DNA of 64,000 nucleotides from an uncultured delta proteobacterium. Its GTDB lineage: Bacteria; Desulfobacterota; Syntrophia; Syntrophales; Smithellaceae. Shown here one piece after another: positions 1 to 11,137 of the stretch. The position numbers were made by a program, and so were the translations under genes. The notes beneath the pieces are model-generated. The model was not told the origin of the DNA. It saw only the letters and a program-made list of their open reading frames with translations, and did not search any database. Within the stretch, counting starts at the first letter, position 1. Every line of letters starts with the position of its first letter. Where the stretch lies: NCBI GenBank assembly GCA_963753975.1, contig CAVWEH010000002.1, positions 96,001 through 160,000 on the forward strand, written 5' to 3'.

Positions 1-1635
1 CCGATATCTCAAAAGGCGAAAAAAGTCCTATCCGATAATCTACGTGGCTTATGGACAAATGCACACATGTTTGATGTTTTGAAGAAATCAATCAAAAGCA
101 TTCATGAACAAGAAGCATGGAATGAAGGCTGGATCGCTATACGCGGAATACTACGATATGACAGTTCGCTCTTTAAAAAGAACATTTTAGAAAGACTGCG
201 TGGGTTAGAAAAACTCATAAGGCCTAGTGATCTTTTGGAACGTGCACGTACTTTCGCATTATCAGACGAACATCACGCCTTCGATTTGGAAGATGATATT
301 GATGATACTAAGGATGCCTCTGAAGGCTGGCGGCGCGTTCAGGATACTACGTATAAAATTGGGTCTCAAGTTGCTAAAGACGCACATGTGTTTACTGTTT
401 TATTGCCAGAACTTGTCTCTAAGCATAATACAAGGCTTTACAGTTTTGGTAGAGGGCTTGCAGATGGTTGTAGTAATAAACAGGAACTTTGGCAGGCTTT
501 TCGCAACCAGGTTGAAAAGACACCGACTGAGAAGAGACAGATTGGGGTAATCCAAGGATTTCTGTCGGCATGTGCGGAGAGTGATTCTGTGTTTTATAAT
601 TCAACATTAGATAATTTGATAAATGATGACTTGCTTGGTGTATGGTTCCCTATCTTTCAAACAACCTCAACTATTGATAAAAGAGGCGTTGAAAGATTAA
701 AAAAAGCCCTAGATAATGGAAAGGCGAATATCCTTGATTTCCAATATATTGCTTATGGGCGTGCTCATGAGTCCATAAGTGATGATGATCTTGCTGACAT
801 TTTGGGGAAAATCATTGCTAAAGAAGAAGGTGTCCGCGTTGCAATTGAAATCATGACAATGAGATTCCATAGACCGAAGGGAGAATATCGCGAATATTCA
901 AGTAATTTAATTAAGATGGCCCGTGATATTCTGACGATGTATTCATTTTCCGGAGAACGCGGAAATCGTGGTGATCGTGATTATGCTTTGGCACAAATCG
1001 CCAGTACTTGCCTTAATGGTCAAGAAGGTTTTAATGCAGCCACTGAAATATGCCAACACTTTGCAGCATCAATCACTGATAACTGTATTTATGCCTTCGA
1101 CTATCCTGATTTATTAAATATCATTGCGCGTGATCAACCCTTTGTGTTTCTAAACACGTTTATTGAAAATGATGAGATAAGAGGCTACCAGCGACGCAGG
1201 ATGTTTATAGATGATTTCGAAAGACGAAGGAATCCTCTCGATCAAATTTCTGATGACGATCTTTTATCTTGGTGTGATGAAGACCCTCAAAAGCGTTACC
1301 CCTTAATTACATCATCAATACAAACTTATACAAAATCAACGGAAGCAAACGGATTAGTATGGAGACCCATTATCTATTCTATCTTTGAAAAAGCACCAGA
1401 TTTAGGAATTATATTTAAGAATCTTGCGGATTCAATGAGACCAACAGCGTGGATGGGTTCATTGGTAGATATTTTACAGAAGCGATCCACTCTGTTTTAT
1501 GATCTCATCCAGCACGGCAATACGGAGATTAGCTCTTGGGCTAAAGGTCAGTATGCGGCACTGCAGGAAACAATAAAAAGAGAGCGTGAACAGGAAGGGC
1601 ATCATAACCGTGAACGAAATGAGAGCTTTGAGTAA
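1..1635 (+). CDS. C-terminal part of a large hypothetical protein (5' end outside window)
   Basis: Frame is open from base 1 (PISQKAKKVLSDNLRGLWTNAHM...), at least 544 codons. Appears helical, no recognisable catalytic motif. Confidence 0.8.
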   Translation, partial: PISQKAKKVLSDNLRGLWTNAHMFDVLKKSIKSIHEQEAWNEGWIAIRGILRYDSSLFKKNILERLRGLEKLIRPSDLLERARTFALSDEHHAFDLEDDIDDTKDASEGWRRVQDTTYKIGSQVAKDAHVFTVLLPELVSKHNTRLYSFGRGLADGCSNKQELWQAFRNQVEKTPTEKRQIGVIQGFLSACAESDSVFYNSTLDNLINDDLLGVWFPIFQTTSTIDKRGVERLKKALDNGKANILDFQYIAYGRAHESISDDDLADILGKIIAKEEGVRVAIEIMTMRFHRPKGEYREYSSNLIKMARDILTMYSFSGERGNRGDRDYALAQIASTCLNGQEGFNAATEICQHFAASITDNCIYAFDYPDLLNIIARDQPFVFLNTFIENDEIRGYQRRRMFIDDFERRRNPLDQISDDDLLSWCDEDPQKRYPLITSSIQTYTKSTEANGLVWRPIIYSIFEKAPDLGIIFKNLADSMRPTAWMGSLVDILQKRSTLFYDLIQHGNTEISSWAKGQYAALQETIKREREQEGHHNRERNESFE

Positions 1636-1874
1636 AATACTTGTGTGAACTTGAGTAATAAAGTTATGACTATATTGCCATTATTAAATTCTCGTCTGCA
1701 CAGGGAATAAGAAATGCGATACCCGTTGTCAAAATAGTGGCGCTGAAAACGAAATTTAATTCCTATTGCAACGCAGGCTGGATTTTGTTATTTTGATAAA
1801 GATTTAAAGAAGGCTTAATCTGTCTTTGCATGACATATGGTTTATGGGAAAACATCCAAAAGGGAGGAAATAAT

Positions 1875-2967
1875 ATGAAGGCAAAATTCATATCGATATT
1901 TATAATACTTGGTCTGTTACTCCTTTTTGCGGGAGCAGGTATTTGCCAGGAAAAAGTCGGCATGAACGACTTGGTGGAAAAATTCAATCAAGGTTCTATT
2001 AACTGGACTGCTGGTTATATTGAAGCTCTTGGCATTGGCGCTCCTTCGGATAAATACGTCGGTAAAATCAATATGCGTCCGATGGCTCTGCGCGCAGCAA
2101 AAATTGACGCCTTCACGCAATTTATTGGAAATAGCCAAAGGTGTTCAAGTTGATTCGAGAACCACCGTTAGAGACTTCGCAGCGAAAAGCGATGTTATTA
2201 ATACGCAGGTGAGCCGTCTTGTACAGGGTGCTGTAGTCGCAGATCAGGAATATATCTCCGATGGAACGGTCGAAGTTAAATTAAGAATGCCCCTTTACGG
2301 AGATTTAGCGCAAGTAGTTTTACCGGCGACGATTGAAAGGCGCAAAGAAGTAAAGGAACAGGAAAAGCCTGCCGCGCCTGCTCCGCCTCCAGCCACACCG
2401 TCTGCGGTAACACCACCTGCTCCTTCCGCAGCGGAAGCACCAGCACCAGCGCACTCCAGCCAGCAGCCGCCAGCTCCTGTTGCACCTGCTTCGGCTGTAA
2501 CAGCTTCCCCCGTCCCGCCGGCACCTGCTCCGCCTGTGGCCGCGCCATCGGCATCACCTGCTTCTTCCACAGCGGAAATAGCAGCACCAGCGCCCGCTCC
2601 GCCTGCGGCCGCACCTTCTGCGCCTGTTGTTTATACAGGCATGGTTGTAGATGCCCGCGGAATTCAGGCCCGTCCGGCAATGTCGCCCCGCATCTTCGAT
2701 GAAGACGGAAAAGAAGTTTATGGCTCCGCCAATGTTGACCGTGAATTTGCGGTAAAGCAGGGCATAAGCGGTTACACACGTGACCTTAGCGCCGCCCAGA
2801 GTAACCAGAGGGTAGCGGCAAATCCCGTGACGGTTAAGGCGCTGAGAACATCCGGCCCCGGCAAATCCGATCTCGTTATCAGTAATGCCGATGCACAGCA
2901 AATAAGAGCTTTGGCGGAAAGTGCCGCGTTTATGAAACAGTGTCGAGTGATGATTGTTCTGGACTAA
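1875..2967 (+). CDS. Exported LPP20-like protein with Pro/Ala-rich linker; +1 frameshift near 2110-2118
   Basis: GGAGG RBS and signal peptide at 1875. ALRAAKIDA in one frame continues as RNLLEIAKGVQVDS in the next. C-terminal YTGMVVDARG...PAMSPRI domain. Confidence 0.7.
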
Positions 2968-2994
2968 AAGAAGAATCTCAGTTCGCGCAAGCTT

Positions 2995-3045
2995 GAAAAA
3001 AACAGCCGCAGTCACGAAGGTATTTGGTGGCTGCGGCTGTTTTTC
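2995..3045 (+). terminator. Probable bidirectional intrinsic terminator
   Basis: AAAAACAGCCGCAGTCAC ... GTGGCTGCGGCTGTTTTT inverted repeat after stop. Confidence 0.75.
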
Positions 3046-3082
3046 TGATTATAGATCAAAGTCATTTATTTAAGCACCATTA

Positions 3083-3168
3083 CTCCCCTCTTTATTAAAG
3101 AGGGGGTGGGGGAGATTTTTAGACGCCAATAAAATCCCCCTGTATCCCCTTTTATTAAGGGGGGATTT
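3083..3168. repeat. REP-like paired palindromic element
   Basis: CCCCTCTTT-ATT-AAAGAGGGG and ATCCCCTTTT-ATT-AAGGGGGGAT hairpins in inverted arrangement. Confidence 0.7.
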
Positions 3169-3184
3169 GCAGAGGAAATAGATA

Positions 3185-4973
3185 TTGTCTAAGCGCATAG
3201 TCATTTTATCCGAAGAAACGGCCAATAAAATTGCTGCCGGCGAAGTAGTGGAGAGACCAGCTTCTATTGTCAAAGAATTGGTGGAAAATTCCATTGATGC
3301 CGGAGCTGGAAATATCCGCATAGAATTGGAAAAGGGCGGCTGTCAATCAATCAAGGTCGTCGACGATGGTTCGGGAATCGAAAAAGAGGACGTGGCGCTG
3401 GTTTTTGAAAGGCATGCCACCAGTAAAATTAATAAATTTGAAGATATTTACAGTGTGCCATCTTTCGGTTTCCGCGGCGAGGCCATGCCGAGCATCGCTT
3501 CCATTGCGCACGTGGAGTTATTAACGCGCCGGGAAGGTGATTTAGAGGGCACAAAAGCTGTCGTGGAAGCAGGCAAAATCAAAGAAATAGCGCCCGCTGG
3601 ATGTCCTTTAGGCACGCAAATATTTGTGAACAGAATATTTGCCAATGTTCCCGCACGTAAGAAATTTTTAAAAACAGAATCTACGGAACAGAGTTTGTGC
3701 ATGGATGTGATTACCCGTTTGGCCCTGGCTCATCCGGAGATCCGCTTTAAAGTTTTAGTCAATGGGCGTGAAGTACTCGCCCTACCGGAGGCGAGCGAAA
3801 TAGCGGAGCGAATTGCCCTGGTAATGGGAATGGACTTTTCCGCCCATTGTATTTCCGTCCAGGAACAGAAGGATAGTGTCAGTTTGACTGGCTTCATTTC
3901 GCATCCGGAGTTTACCCGCTCCAACTCCAAAAGTATTTTTTTGTTCGTCAATAAACGTTTTATCCGCGATAACAGCATAACGCACGCCATATTATCCGCC
4001 TACCGTCAGGTTATTCCGCCACGGCGCTATCCGGCAGCTGTTTTGTTTATTGATCTGCCTCCCTTCGATGTTGATGTTAATGTTCATCCGGCCAAGATGG
4101 AAGTGCGCTTTAAGGATTCACGCGGAATTTATGAATTGGTTTCCGGCACAATTGCCCGGAATCTGGCTTCAGCGGGAAACCTGAAAGGAAGCTTCATCTA
4201 TCGGCTGGAACCGCGGGAAAAATCAATCAGTACGGGAATCGCGCGCCGGCCAGAAAAAATTCAAGAAAAATCAGCGGGTTTATTTTCCAGGCAAAATTTG
4301 CAGCAGGCGATTGATAATGATTTGCTCGCACGTTCAGTTTCGGAAAAAATAGCGAGTATCGAAAGCAGTGATGCCGCAGTAAAAGAACCTATAACTTTTA
4401 TCGACTTTAGATATTTGGGGCAATTTTTCAATACCTATCTCGTTTTTGCGGGCGATGATGGAATGCTTCTCATCGATCAACATGCCGCACATGAACGGAT
4501 AATGCTAGAACGACTTAAAAAAAGCAGAAGGACAGAAAATTATCTCTCAGCAATTGCTGATGCCCGAAGTCGTCAGCTTAAATCCTGCACAGATAGAATT
4601 ATTTTCCGGCTATATCGATTTTTTGAGCCAAATCGGTTTGGAAATTGAAATATTCGGCCGGGATGCAATTGTCGTTAAAGCGCTTCCCGCAATTTTATCC
4701 TCCATAGAGTCCAAGGAAATAGTTTATGATATTGCCGATCAATTAAGCGATCAAACTCGGGCATCTTCTTTGGAGGAAAAAAAGGAAAAAATATTTGCGT
4801 CGCTGGCTTGCAAAGCGGCAATCAAAGCCAATAGTCCTCTTTCTTCCGAAGAAGCAGAAGCACTTTGTCGCGATCTTACAGCAACTCCTTTTAATCTTAC
4901 CTGTCCCCATGGCCGTCCCATCAGTATTAAGTTCTCGCTCACTGAAATCGAAAGACTGTTCAAAAGAAAGTAA
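3185..4973 (+). CDS. mutL: DNA mismatch repair endonuclease MutL; +1 frameshift in A7 run 4517-4523
   Basis: IAAGEVVERP, GFRGEA, DQHAAHER, then ACKAAIK and CPHGRP in the second frame. Confidence 0.93.
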
Positions 4974-4974
4974 A

Positions 4975-5904
4975 ATGAAAAAATTGCCATTGGTCATAAT
5001 TAATTCGCCTACGGCCACGGGTAAGACCGGACTGGCGATTGAACTGGCGCTGGATTTCGGAGGTGAAATAATCAGCGCCGATTCACTGCAAGTTTACCGT
5101 TACCTGGATATCGGGACGGCAAAACCGACAATGGAACAGAGAAATAAAGTTAAACATTATTTGATCGATGTTGTTGACCCCGACGAGGAATTTAACGCCG
5201 CTATTTTTACCGAAAAAGCGCGTACTATCATTGCCGAATTAGCCAGGAAGCGCAAGCCTGTATTTGTTGCGGGAGGAACGGGGCTCTACATCCGCGCACT
5301 ACTGCAAGGAATTATTGAAACGCCAAAGGTAGATGAAGATATAAGAAATTATTACCGTCATCTTGGCGAAATCCACGGAAAAGAATATCTTTTTAATTTA
5401 TTGCAAAAAAAGGATGCGCAAGCAGCGCAAAAAATAAAACCTAATGATTCAATCAGAGTGATCCGCGCGCTGGAAGTTTTGGACCAAAGCGGCGAATCAA
5501 TTATAGCCAAACAAAGCAGGCATTCATTTGCAGACAGTCCTTACCATACTTATAAAATCGGTCTGCAAGTTGATTCAGTGCAATTAAAAGAGAGAATTGC
5601 CCAAAGAACGGAGAAAATGATAGCTCAAGGATTGGTAAGCGAGGTGGAGAATATTTTAGAACGCGGTTACAGTAAAAAACTTAAGCCTTTGCAATCATTA
5701 GGTTATCGGCAGGTTATTAAATATTTATCGGGTGAATGTAAGTGGGAAGAGGCAGTGCGTTTAATTAATCGCGATACCAGGCATTACGCCAAGAGGCAGA
5801 TGACCTGGTTTGCCGCCGACAAGGAAATAAATTGGTTTAATCCTGATAGCTCAGAAGAAATAAAAAAAAATGTCGAGAGATTCTGGAAAGAAAATAGCTA
5901 TTAA
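4975..5904 (+). CDS. miaA: tRNA dimethylallyltransferase
   Basis: PTATGKT, ADSLQVY, IGTAKP, YAKRQMTW; follows mutL. Confidence 0.96.
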   Translation: MKKLPLVIINSPTATGKTGLAIELALDFGGEIISADSLQVYRYLDIGTAKPTMEQRNKVKHYLIDVVDPDEEFNAAIFTEKARTIIAELARKRKPVFVAGGTGLYIRALLQGIIETPKVDEDIRNYYRHLGEIHGKEYLFNLLQKKDAQAAQKIKPNDSIRVIRALEVLDQSGESIIAKQSRHSFADSPYHTYKIGLQVDSVQLKERIAQRTEKMIAQGLVSEVENILERGYSKKLKPLQSLGYRQVIKYLSGECKWEEAVRLINRDTRHYAKRQMTWFAADKEINWFNPDSSEEIKKNVERFWKENSY

Positions 5905-6037
5905 TAAGGATATGCAATATTACTTGACATCGGCAGGCGGTGAAGATAATTACATAAATCGGTTTCTATAGTTGTTGTTTTTAAAAAATAATTTCTTTTA
6001 AGAGTGCGTACAAATCCTTAAAGAAAAGGAAAATTAT

Positions 6038-7204
6038 ATGTTGGGTCCAGTCAGAATCAGCAAGATATTCGCTGCTTTTGTTTTTTTTGTCTGTTTTTTG
6101 TTGTTAGTTTCCTGCGCACCGAAGGAAAGGGTGGCGACAAGTCAACTGGATACTCCTGAACATCATACCTATACGGGATTAAAATTAATCGATCAGGAAA
6201 AATATGCCGATGCGCAAAGGGAATTTGAACTGGCGATTCAAGTGGATGCAAAGTATTCTAAAGCCTATACCGGAATGGCATTGGTTGAAATTTATACGGG
6301 TAATGTTGATGCCGCTTGGGATAACCTCAAAACCGGCCGGAAATATGCCAGGACTAATGAAGAAAAAATATTCGTTTATGTCAGCCGCATTCAGTACTAT
6401 ACACTAAGCAAGAGTGAAAAAAAATGGCTCGCCCTCGCTAAAGATGATTTCGATGAAGCCATAAAGCTTGATCCGAAAAATTCTGGTGCTTATTATTTCA
6501 TGGGTTTGGCTTACGAAGCCGGTCTAAATTTTGATTTGGCCGGTCAGATGTTTACAAAAGTGTTGGAACTGAAAACCGGTTATGTAGATAAGGCCGATGC
6601 ACAGTGGAAATTCCTGCAAAAAGTTCAGCAGGCAATGCCCGAAACAGCCACAGGGAAGCAGATTGCTCTGGTGGAGCGTCTTACCCGAGCGGACGCGGCG
6701 GCATTGTTCATGGAGGAATTAAAGATAGATGTGCTTTACAAAAAAAGAACACCGAAAACTATTGACACTTCATTTAAGAATCCGGAAAAGGCTGCAACAA
6801 AAACTGCCAAAATAACGGCCAAAGATATTGCCGATCAACCTTTAAAAAAAGATATCGAAGGTATCCTGCAAATCGGATTACACGGATTGGAAAATTATCC
6901 GGACGGCAATTTTCAGCCGGAAGAATTGGTTACCCGAGCCGCTTACGCAATGATGTTGGAAGACGTATTGATTAAGGTGAGCGGAGATAATTCCTTGGCG
7001 ACAAAATTTATCGGTTCGGCTTCTCCTTTTCCTGATTTGAGGGCTGACTCGCCTTATTTCAACGCGATAATGGTTGTTACTTCCCGGGGTATCATGGAGG
7101 CAAAGAATATAACTACCGGTGAATTCGCGCCGCTAAGTCCCGTGGCCGGTGTTGATGCCCTTTTGATTATTCGCAAAATCAAGGAAGAATTGAAGTTTGA
7201 TTAA
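6038..7204 (+). CDS. Lipoprotein with TPR repeats and C-terminal SLH-like domains
   Basis: LVSC lipobox, TPR-like repeats, YPDGNFQPEELVTRA and FPDL SLH-type motifs. Confidence 0.8.
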   Translation: MLGPVRISKIFAAFVFFVCFLLLVSCAPKERVATSQLDTPEHHTYTGLKLIDQEKYADAQREFELAIQVDAKYSKAYTGMALVEIYTGNVDAAWDNLKTGRKYARTNEEKIFVYVSRIQYYTLSKSEKKWLALAKDDFDEAIKLDPKNSGAYYFMGLAYEAGLNFDLAGQMFTKVLELKTGYVDKADAQWKFLQKVQQAMPETATGKQIALVERLTRADAAALFMEELKIDVLYKKRTPKTIDTSFKNPEKAATKTAKITAKDIADQPLKKDIEGILQIGLHGLENYPDGNFQPEELVTRAAYAMMLEDVLIKVSGDNSLATKFIGSASPFPDLRADSPYFNAIMVVTSRGIMEAKNITTGEFAPLSPVAGVDALLIIRKIKEELKFD

Positions 7205-7232
7205 TCGGATTTTTATATGAATAGGTTTAAAC

Positions 7233-7265
7233 GGGCGGGATATTTTATGTCCCGCCTAAATTTTA
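7233..7265 (+). terminator. Probable intrinsic terminator
   Basis: GGGCGGGATA-TTTT-ATGTCCCGCCT hairpin after the stop. Confidence 0.55.
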
Positions 7266-7306
7266 ATGAGCAGTTTGCGGAGAAGTTAATAAAGGGCGTG
7301 CCGCCC

Positions 7307-7401
7307 TTTTTATTTGTGAAACTCCAATTCCGTAAGCGAAGCACAACGAAATTGGTTAGTTGAACAATCCCGCAAAGCGGAGGGTACATAATACCCGTGA
7401 T
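7307..7401 (+). repeat. Modular intergenic palindromic repeat, copy A (minimal form)
   Basis: TTTTTATTTGTGAA...CCAATTCCG..AGCGAAGC...AATTGG..AGTTGAACAATCCCGC-AAA-GCGGAGGGTA...ATACCCGTGAT; colinear with 27545-27710 and the reverse complement of 57136-57337. Confidence 0.85.
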
Positions 7402-7431
7402 TAATGCTCAATCGGAGTGAAAGTTTTAAAA

Positions 7432-10089
7432 ATGGCAAGAAGAGAATTAGGCAAGGCATTTGAACCGCAGGAGGCGGAAAAAAGGCTGTACGATTACTGG
7501 CTGAAGAATAATTTATTTCACGCCCATGATAAAAGTAAAGCTCGAGCTTTTTCCATAGTAATACCGCCTCCCAACGTAACCGGAATGCTGCACATGGGGC
7601 ATGCTTTGAATAACACCCTGCAGGATGTTATTATTCGTTTCAAAAGGATGCAGGGTTTCAATACCCTTTGGATGCCGGGCATGGATCATGCCGGGATTGC
7701 GACACAAAATGTAGTGGAACAGGAATTGGCCAAAGAAGGACTATCGCGTCACGATCTAGGGCGAGAGAAATTTATTGCCCGCGTCTGGAAATGGAAAGAA
7801 AAATACGGCGGCGTAATTATCAATCAATTAAAGAGGCTGGGTTGCTCCTGTGACTGGGAAAGGGAGCGCTTTACGATGGACGAAGGTTTATCTCAGGCGG
7901 TGCGGGAAGTCTTCGTCCGGTTATATAACGACGGATTGATTTACCAGGGAGACTATATTGTCAATTGGTGCCCGCGTTGCCATACGGCTATTTCGGATTT
8001 AGAAGTGGAATTCAGAGAGGATGCGAGTTTCCTGTGGAATATCCGTTATCCTTTTGCCGATGGCCATGGAGAAATCATTGTAGCTACAACACGTCCGGAG
8101 ACAATGCTGGGCGATACCGCAGTGGCGGTGAATCCCCAGGATAAAAGATACAAAGATAAAGTCGGCCGATATGTAATTTTGCCTTTAGTCAATAAAAAAA
8201 TCCCTATTATTGCCGACGAATATGTAACAATGGACTTTGGCTCGGGCGCAGTCAAGATTACGCCCGGCTCGGACCCCAATGACTTTGCCATGGCCCAGCG
8301 CCATAATCTGGAAATCATCACGATAATGGATGGCAAGGGTATAATTAATGAAAACGGCGGAATTTACCAGGGACAGGACCGTTACGAAGCGCGCAAAAAT
8401 GTAATAGCCGATTTGGAAAAAGGCAAATATCTCGTCAGCACTGAACCCTACTCGCACAGTATCGGCCAGTGTTATCGCTGTAAAACAGATATCGAGCCGA
8501 TGGTTTCCAAGCAGTGGTTTGTAAAAATAAAACCGTTGGCCAAGCGGGCGATCTGGGCTGTAGTTGAAGGTAAAACAAGGATCATCCCCAATACCTGGGA
8601 GGCAACTTACTTTGAATGGATGAACAATATCCGTGATTGGTGTATTTCCCGGCAATTATGGTGGGGTCACCGGATTCCCGTTTGGTATTGCGATAACTGC
8701 GGCAAAATAATTGTGACGACGAACGATCCGGATAAATGCCCGGGTTGCGGCGGCGGATCGTTGAAGCAGGATGAAGACGTTCTCGATACCTGGTTTTCCT
8801 CCGCTCTCTGGCCCTTTTCCACATTAGGCTGGCCCGCAAAAACACAAGCCCTGAAAACATTTTATCCCACATCCTTGCTGATTACGGGATTTGATATTCT
8901 TTTTTTCTGGGTGGCGCGCATGATGATGATGGGTCTTTATGTTATGAAGGAAGTTCCATTTAAGGACGTTTATTTGCATGCCCTTGTACGGGACGAAAAA
9001 GGGGAGAAGATGAGCAAATCCAGCGGCAATATTATTGATCCGCTGGTAATGATCGAGAAGTACGGTACGGACGCTTTTCGCTTCACTCTGGCGGCTTATA
9101 CTGCGCAGGGACGCGATGTGCGCATGTCGCCGGAGAGAATTGAAGGGTACAAATTTTTTGTCAATAAGATCTGGAATGCCGCAAAGCTCACTTTCAGCAA
9201 TCTGGAAGACTATGATGAGCAGAGTGTTGCATCGTCAACAGAATCGCTTCCCGATAAATGGATTAAGGCCAAATTTAACAAAGTCGTGGAAGAAGTTACA
9301 AAGAGTCTTGACGAGTATCGCTTCAATGATGCCGCTGCGGCCATTTATCGGTTTATCTGGCACGAGTTTTGTGACTGGTATCTGGAACTCAGCAAACCGG
9401 CCCTTTACGGTAAGGTTGGCGTTAAAGAACGACAAGCGGCTCAACGAACGCTGTATGATGTATTTGGAGCAACGCTTAAACTATTGCACCCGTTTATGCC
9501 TTTCGTTACAGAAGATCTTTGGCAGACATTATCCCAAAGCACGGAGAAATCAATTATGGTCGCCTCCTTCCCTTCGCTGAATAAAACATGGAAAGATGAA
9601 AAGGCCGAGAAGGAGATGCAATTCTTAATGGATATTATTACGAGCATCCGCAACATTCGCGGAGAAATGCGAATACCTCCGTCCCGTAAACTGCAAGTTC
9701 TAATTTCTGCGCCTGACGAGCAGGCAAGAAATATAATTGCCGACGGAAAAGATTACGTAACTAACATGGCTAATCTGGAAACATTGAAAGTGGGGACAGA
9801 TTTAATTGAGCCTAAAGGAGTGGCCACGGGAGTCGTCGGTTCGACAAAAATATTTGTTCCTCTCGCCGGCATCGTCGATGTAACCGATGAAAAAGCTCGC
9901 CTGCAGAAAGAAATTGCAAAAATCGAGAAAGATTTGCAGCAGACCTCGAAAAAACTTTCCAATCGGGATTTTATAGAAAAAGCTGCGGAAGCTATCATAA
10001 AAAAAGAAGAAGAAAGATTAAGAGAATTTAAAGAGCGGCATGCCGCATTGGAGGCTGCTTTAAAGAAGTTGCAAGAAATTATTATATAG
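7432..10089 (+). CDS. valS: Valine--tRNA ligase
   Basis: PPPNVTG..HMGH, DWCISRQ, KMSKS, C-terminal coiled-coil arm. Confidence 0.98.
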   Translation: MARRELGKAFEPQEAEKRLYDYWLKNNLFHAHDKSKARAFSIVIPPPNVTGMLHMGHALNNTLQDVIIRFKRMQGFNTLWMPGMDHAGIATQNVVEQELAKEGLSRHDLGREKFIARVWKWKEKYGGVIINQLKRLGCSCDWERERFTMDEGLSQAVREVFVRLYNDGLIYQGDYIVNWCPRCHTAISDLEVEFREDASFLWNIRYPFADGHGEIIVATTRPETMLGDTAVAVNPQDKRYKDKVGRYVILPLVNKKIPIIADEYVTMDFGSGAVKITPGSDPNDFAMAQRHNLEIITIMDGKGIINENGGIYQGQDRYEARKNVIADLEKGKYLVSTEPYSHSIGQCYRCKTDIEPMVSKQWFVKIKPLAKRAIWAVVEGKTRIIPNTWEATYFEWMNNIRDWCISRQLWWGHRIPVWYCDNCGKIIVTTNDPDKCPGCGGGSLKQDEDVLDTWFSSALWPFSTLGWPAKTQALKTFYPTSLLITGFDILFFWVARMMMMGLYVMKEVPFKDVYLHALVRDEKGEKMSKSSGNIIDPLVMIEKYGTDAFRFTLAAYTAQGRDVRMSPERIEGYKFFVNKIWNAAKLTFSNLEDYDEQSVASSTESLPDKWIKAKFNKVVEEVTKSLDEYRFNDAAAAIYRFIWHEFCDWYLELSKPALYGKVGVKERQAAQRTLYDVFGATLKLLHPFMPFVTEDLWQTLSQSTEKSIMVASFPSLNKTWKDEKAEKEMQFLMDIITSIRNIRGEMRIPPSRKLQVLISAPDEQARNIIADGKDYVTNMANLETLKVGTDLIEPKGVATGVVGSTKIFVPLAGIVDVTDEKARLQKEIAKIEKDLQQTSKKLSNRDFIEKAAEAIIKKEEERLREFKERHAALEAALKKLQEIII

Positions 10090-10123
10090 ACAGAAACGTT
10101 TTATTTAAACAAGAGCGATAGGT

Positions 10124-10984
10124 ATGACAAAAAAGGAAAAAACGTTCGACAAAGAAATACTGCGAATTATAAAAAATGCGCTTGCTGAAGATATCGGCAG
10201 AGGAGACATAACCACACAGGCAATTATCCGTGAAGATAGGAGAGGGCAGGCACAAGCCATTGCGAAAGATGATTTTACCATAGCGGGAATTGATGTTTTC
10301 CAAAAAACGTTTCTTTTTTTGGATGAGCACATCGAATTTGAGGTTTTAATCGGTGACGGGAAAAAAGTAAAAAAAAGCGAGACTATCGCTCATGTTACCG
10401 GACCGCTTGCCTCAATTCTTGGGGCCGAGCGAGTAGCCCTCAATCTTTTTCAACGGATGTGCGGTATAGCAACTTTAACGGGAAAATTTGTGGAAGCCGT
10501 GCAGGGGTCAAAAGCAAAAATTCTCGATACCCGCAAAACAGCGCCCGGTTTGCGTCTCCTGGATAAGATGGCTGTTAAGATTGGTGGAGGATTTAACCAC
10601 CGGATGGGGCTCTATGACGGCGTTTTGATCAAGGACAATCACATTGCCGCTGCGGGCGGTATTACCGCCGCGGTAGAGGCGCAAAGGCACAGCCTGACCA
10701 AAAAGTTGAAAATTGAAGTAGAAGCCAAAAACTTAACGGAAGTCGAGGAAGCGTTAAAATCCGGTACGGATATTATCATGCTTGATAATATGCCTGTCGA
10801 GGAAATGTCGAAAGCCGTGGCGCTGGTCAAGGGGAGGGCGCTTCTGGAAGCATCCGGCAATGTCAGCATGCAAAATGTCGCCCGGATTGCGGCTACCGGC
10901 GTAGATTTTATTTCAGTGGGGGAAATTACGCATTCGGTAAGAGCGGCAGATATTGCTTTAAAAATTATGGCTGTCGCAATTTGA
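10124..10984 (+). CDS. nadC: Quinolinate phosphoribosyltransferase
   Basis: DTRKTAPG, NHR, IKDNH, IMLDN, EASG motifs. Confidence 0.97.
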   Translation: MTKKEKTFDKEILRIIKNALAEDIGRGDITTQAIIREDRRGQAQAIAKDDFTIAGIDVFQKTFLFLDEHIEFEVLIGDGKKVKKSETIAHVTGPLASILGAERVALNLFQRMCGIATLTGKFVEAVQGSKAKILDTRKTAPGLRLLDKMAVKIGGGFNHRMGLYDGVLIKDNHIAAAGGITAAVEAQRHSLTKKLKIEVEAKNLTEVEEALKSGTDIIMLDNMPVEEMSKAVALVKGRALLEASGNVSMQNVARIAATGVDFISVGEITHSVRAADIALKIMAVAI

Positions 10985-11137
10985 GAAATTTATTATTTGT
11001 TTAAGATGTTTAAATAAAAAAATTGACAAAAAAATGCCAATATTATTTATTGCCGGAATGCACTGCAAGTAATTACATTAACGAAGTTTCACCGATGGAA
11101 TAAATTATAACTATAAAATATTTAAAGTGGAGTGGAT

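Noticed and set aside
2276..3015. Antisense ORFs over the Pro/Ala-rich gene
   Set aside because: Shadow frames of GC-rich low-complexity coding sequence
7205..7431. T-box or attenuator ahead of valS
   Set aside because: Structure is explained by terminators and repeat copy A; no T-box motif
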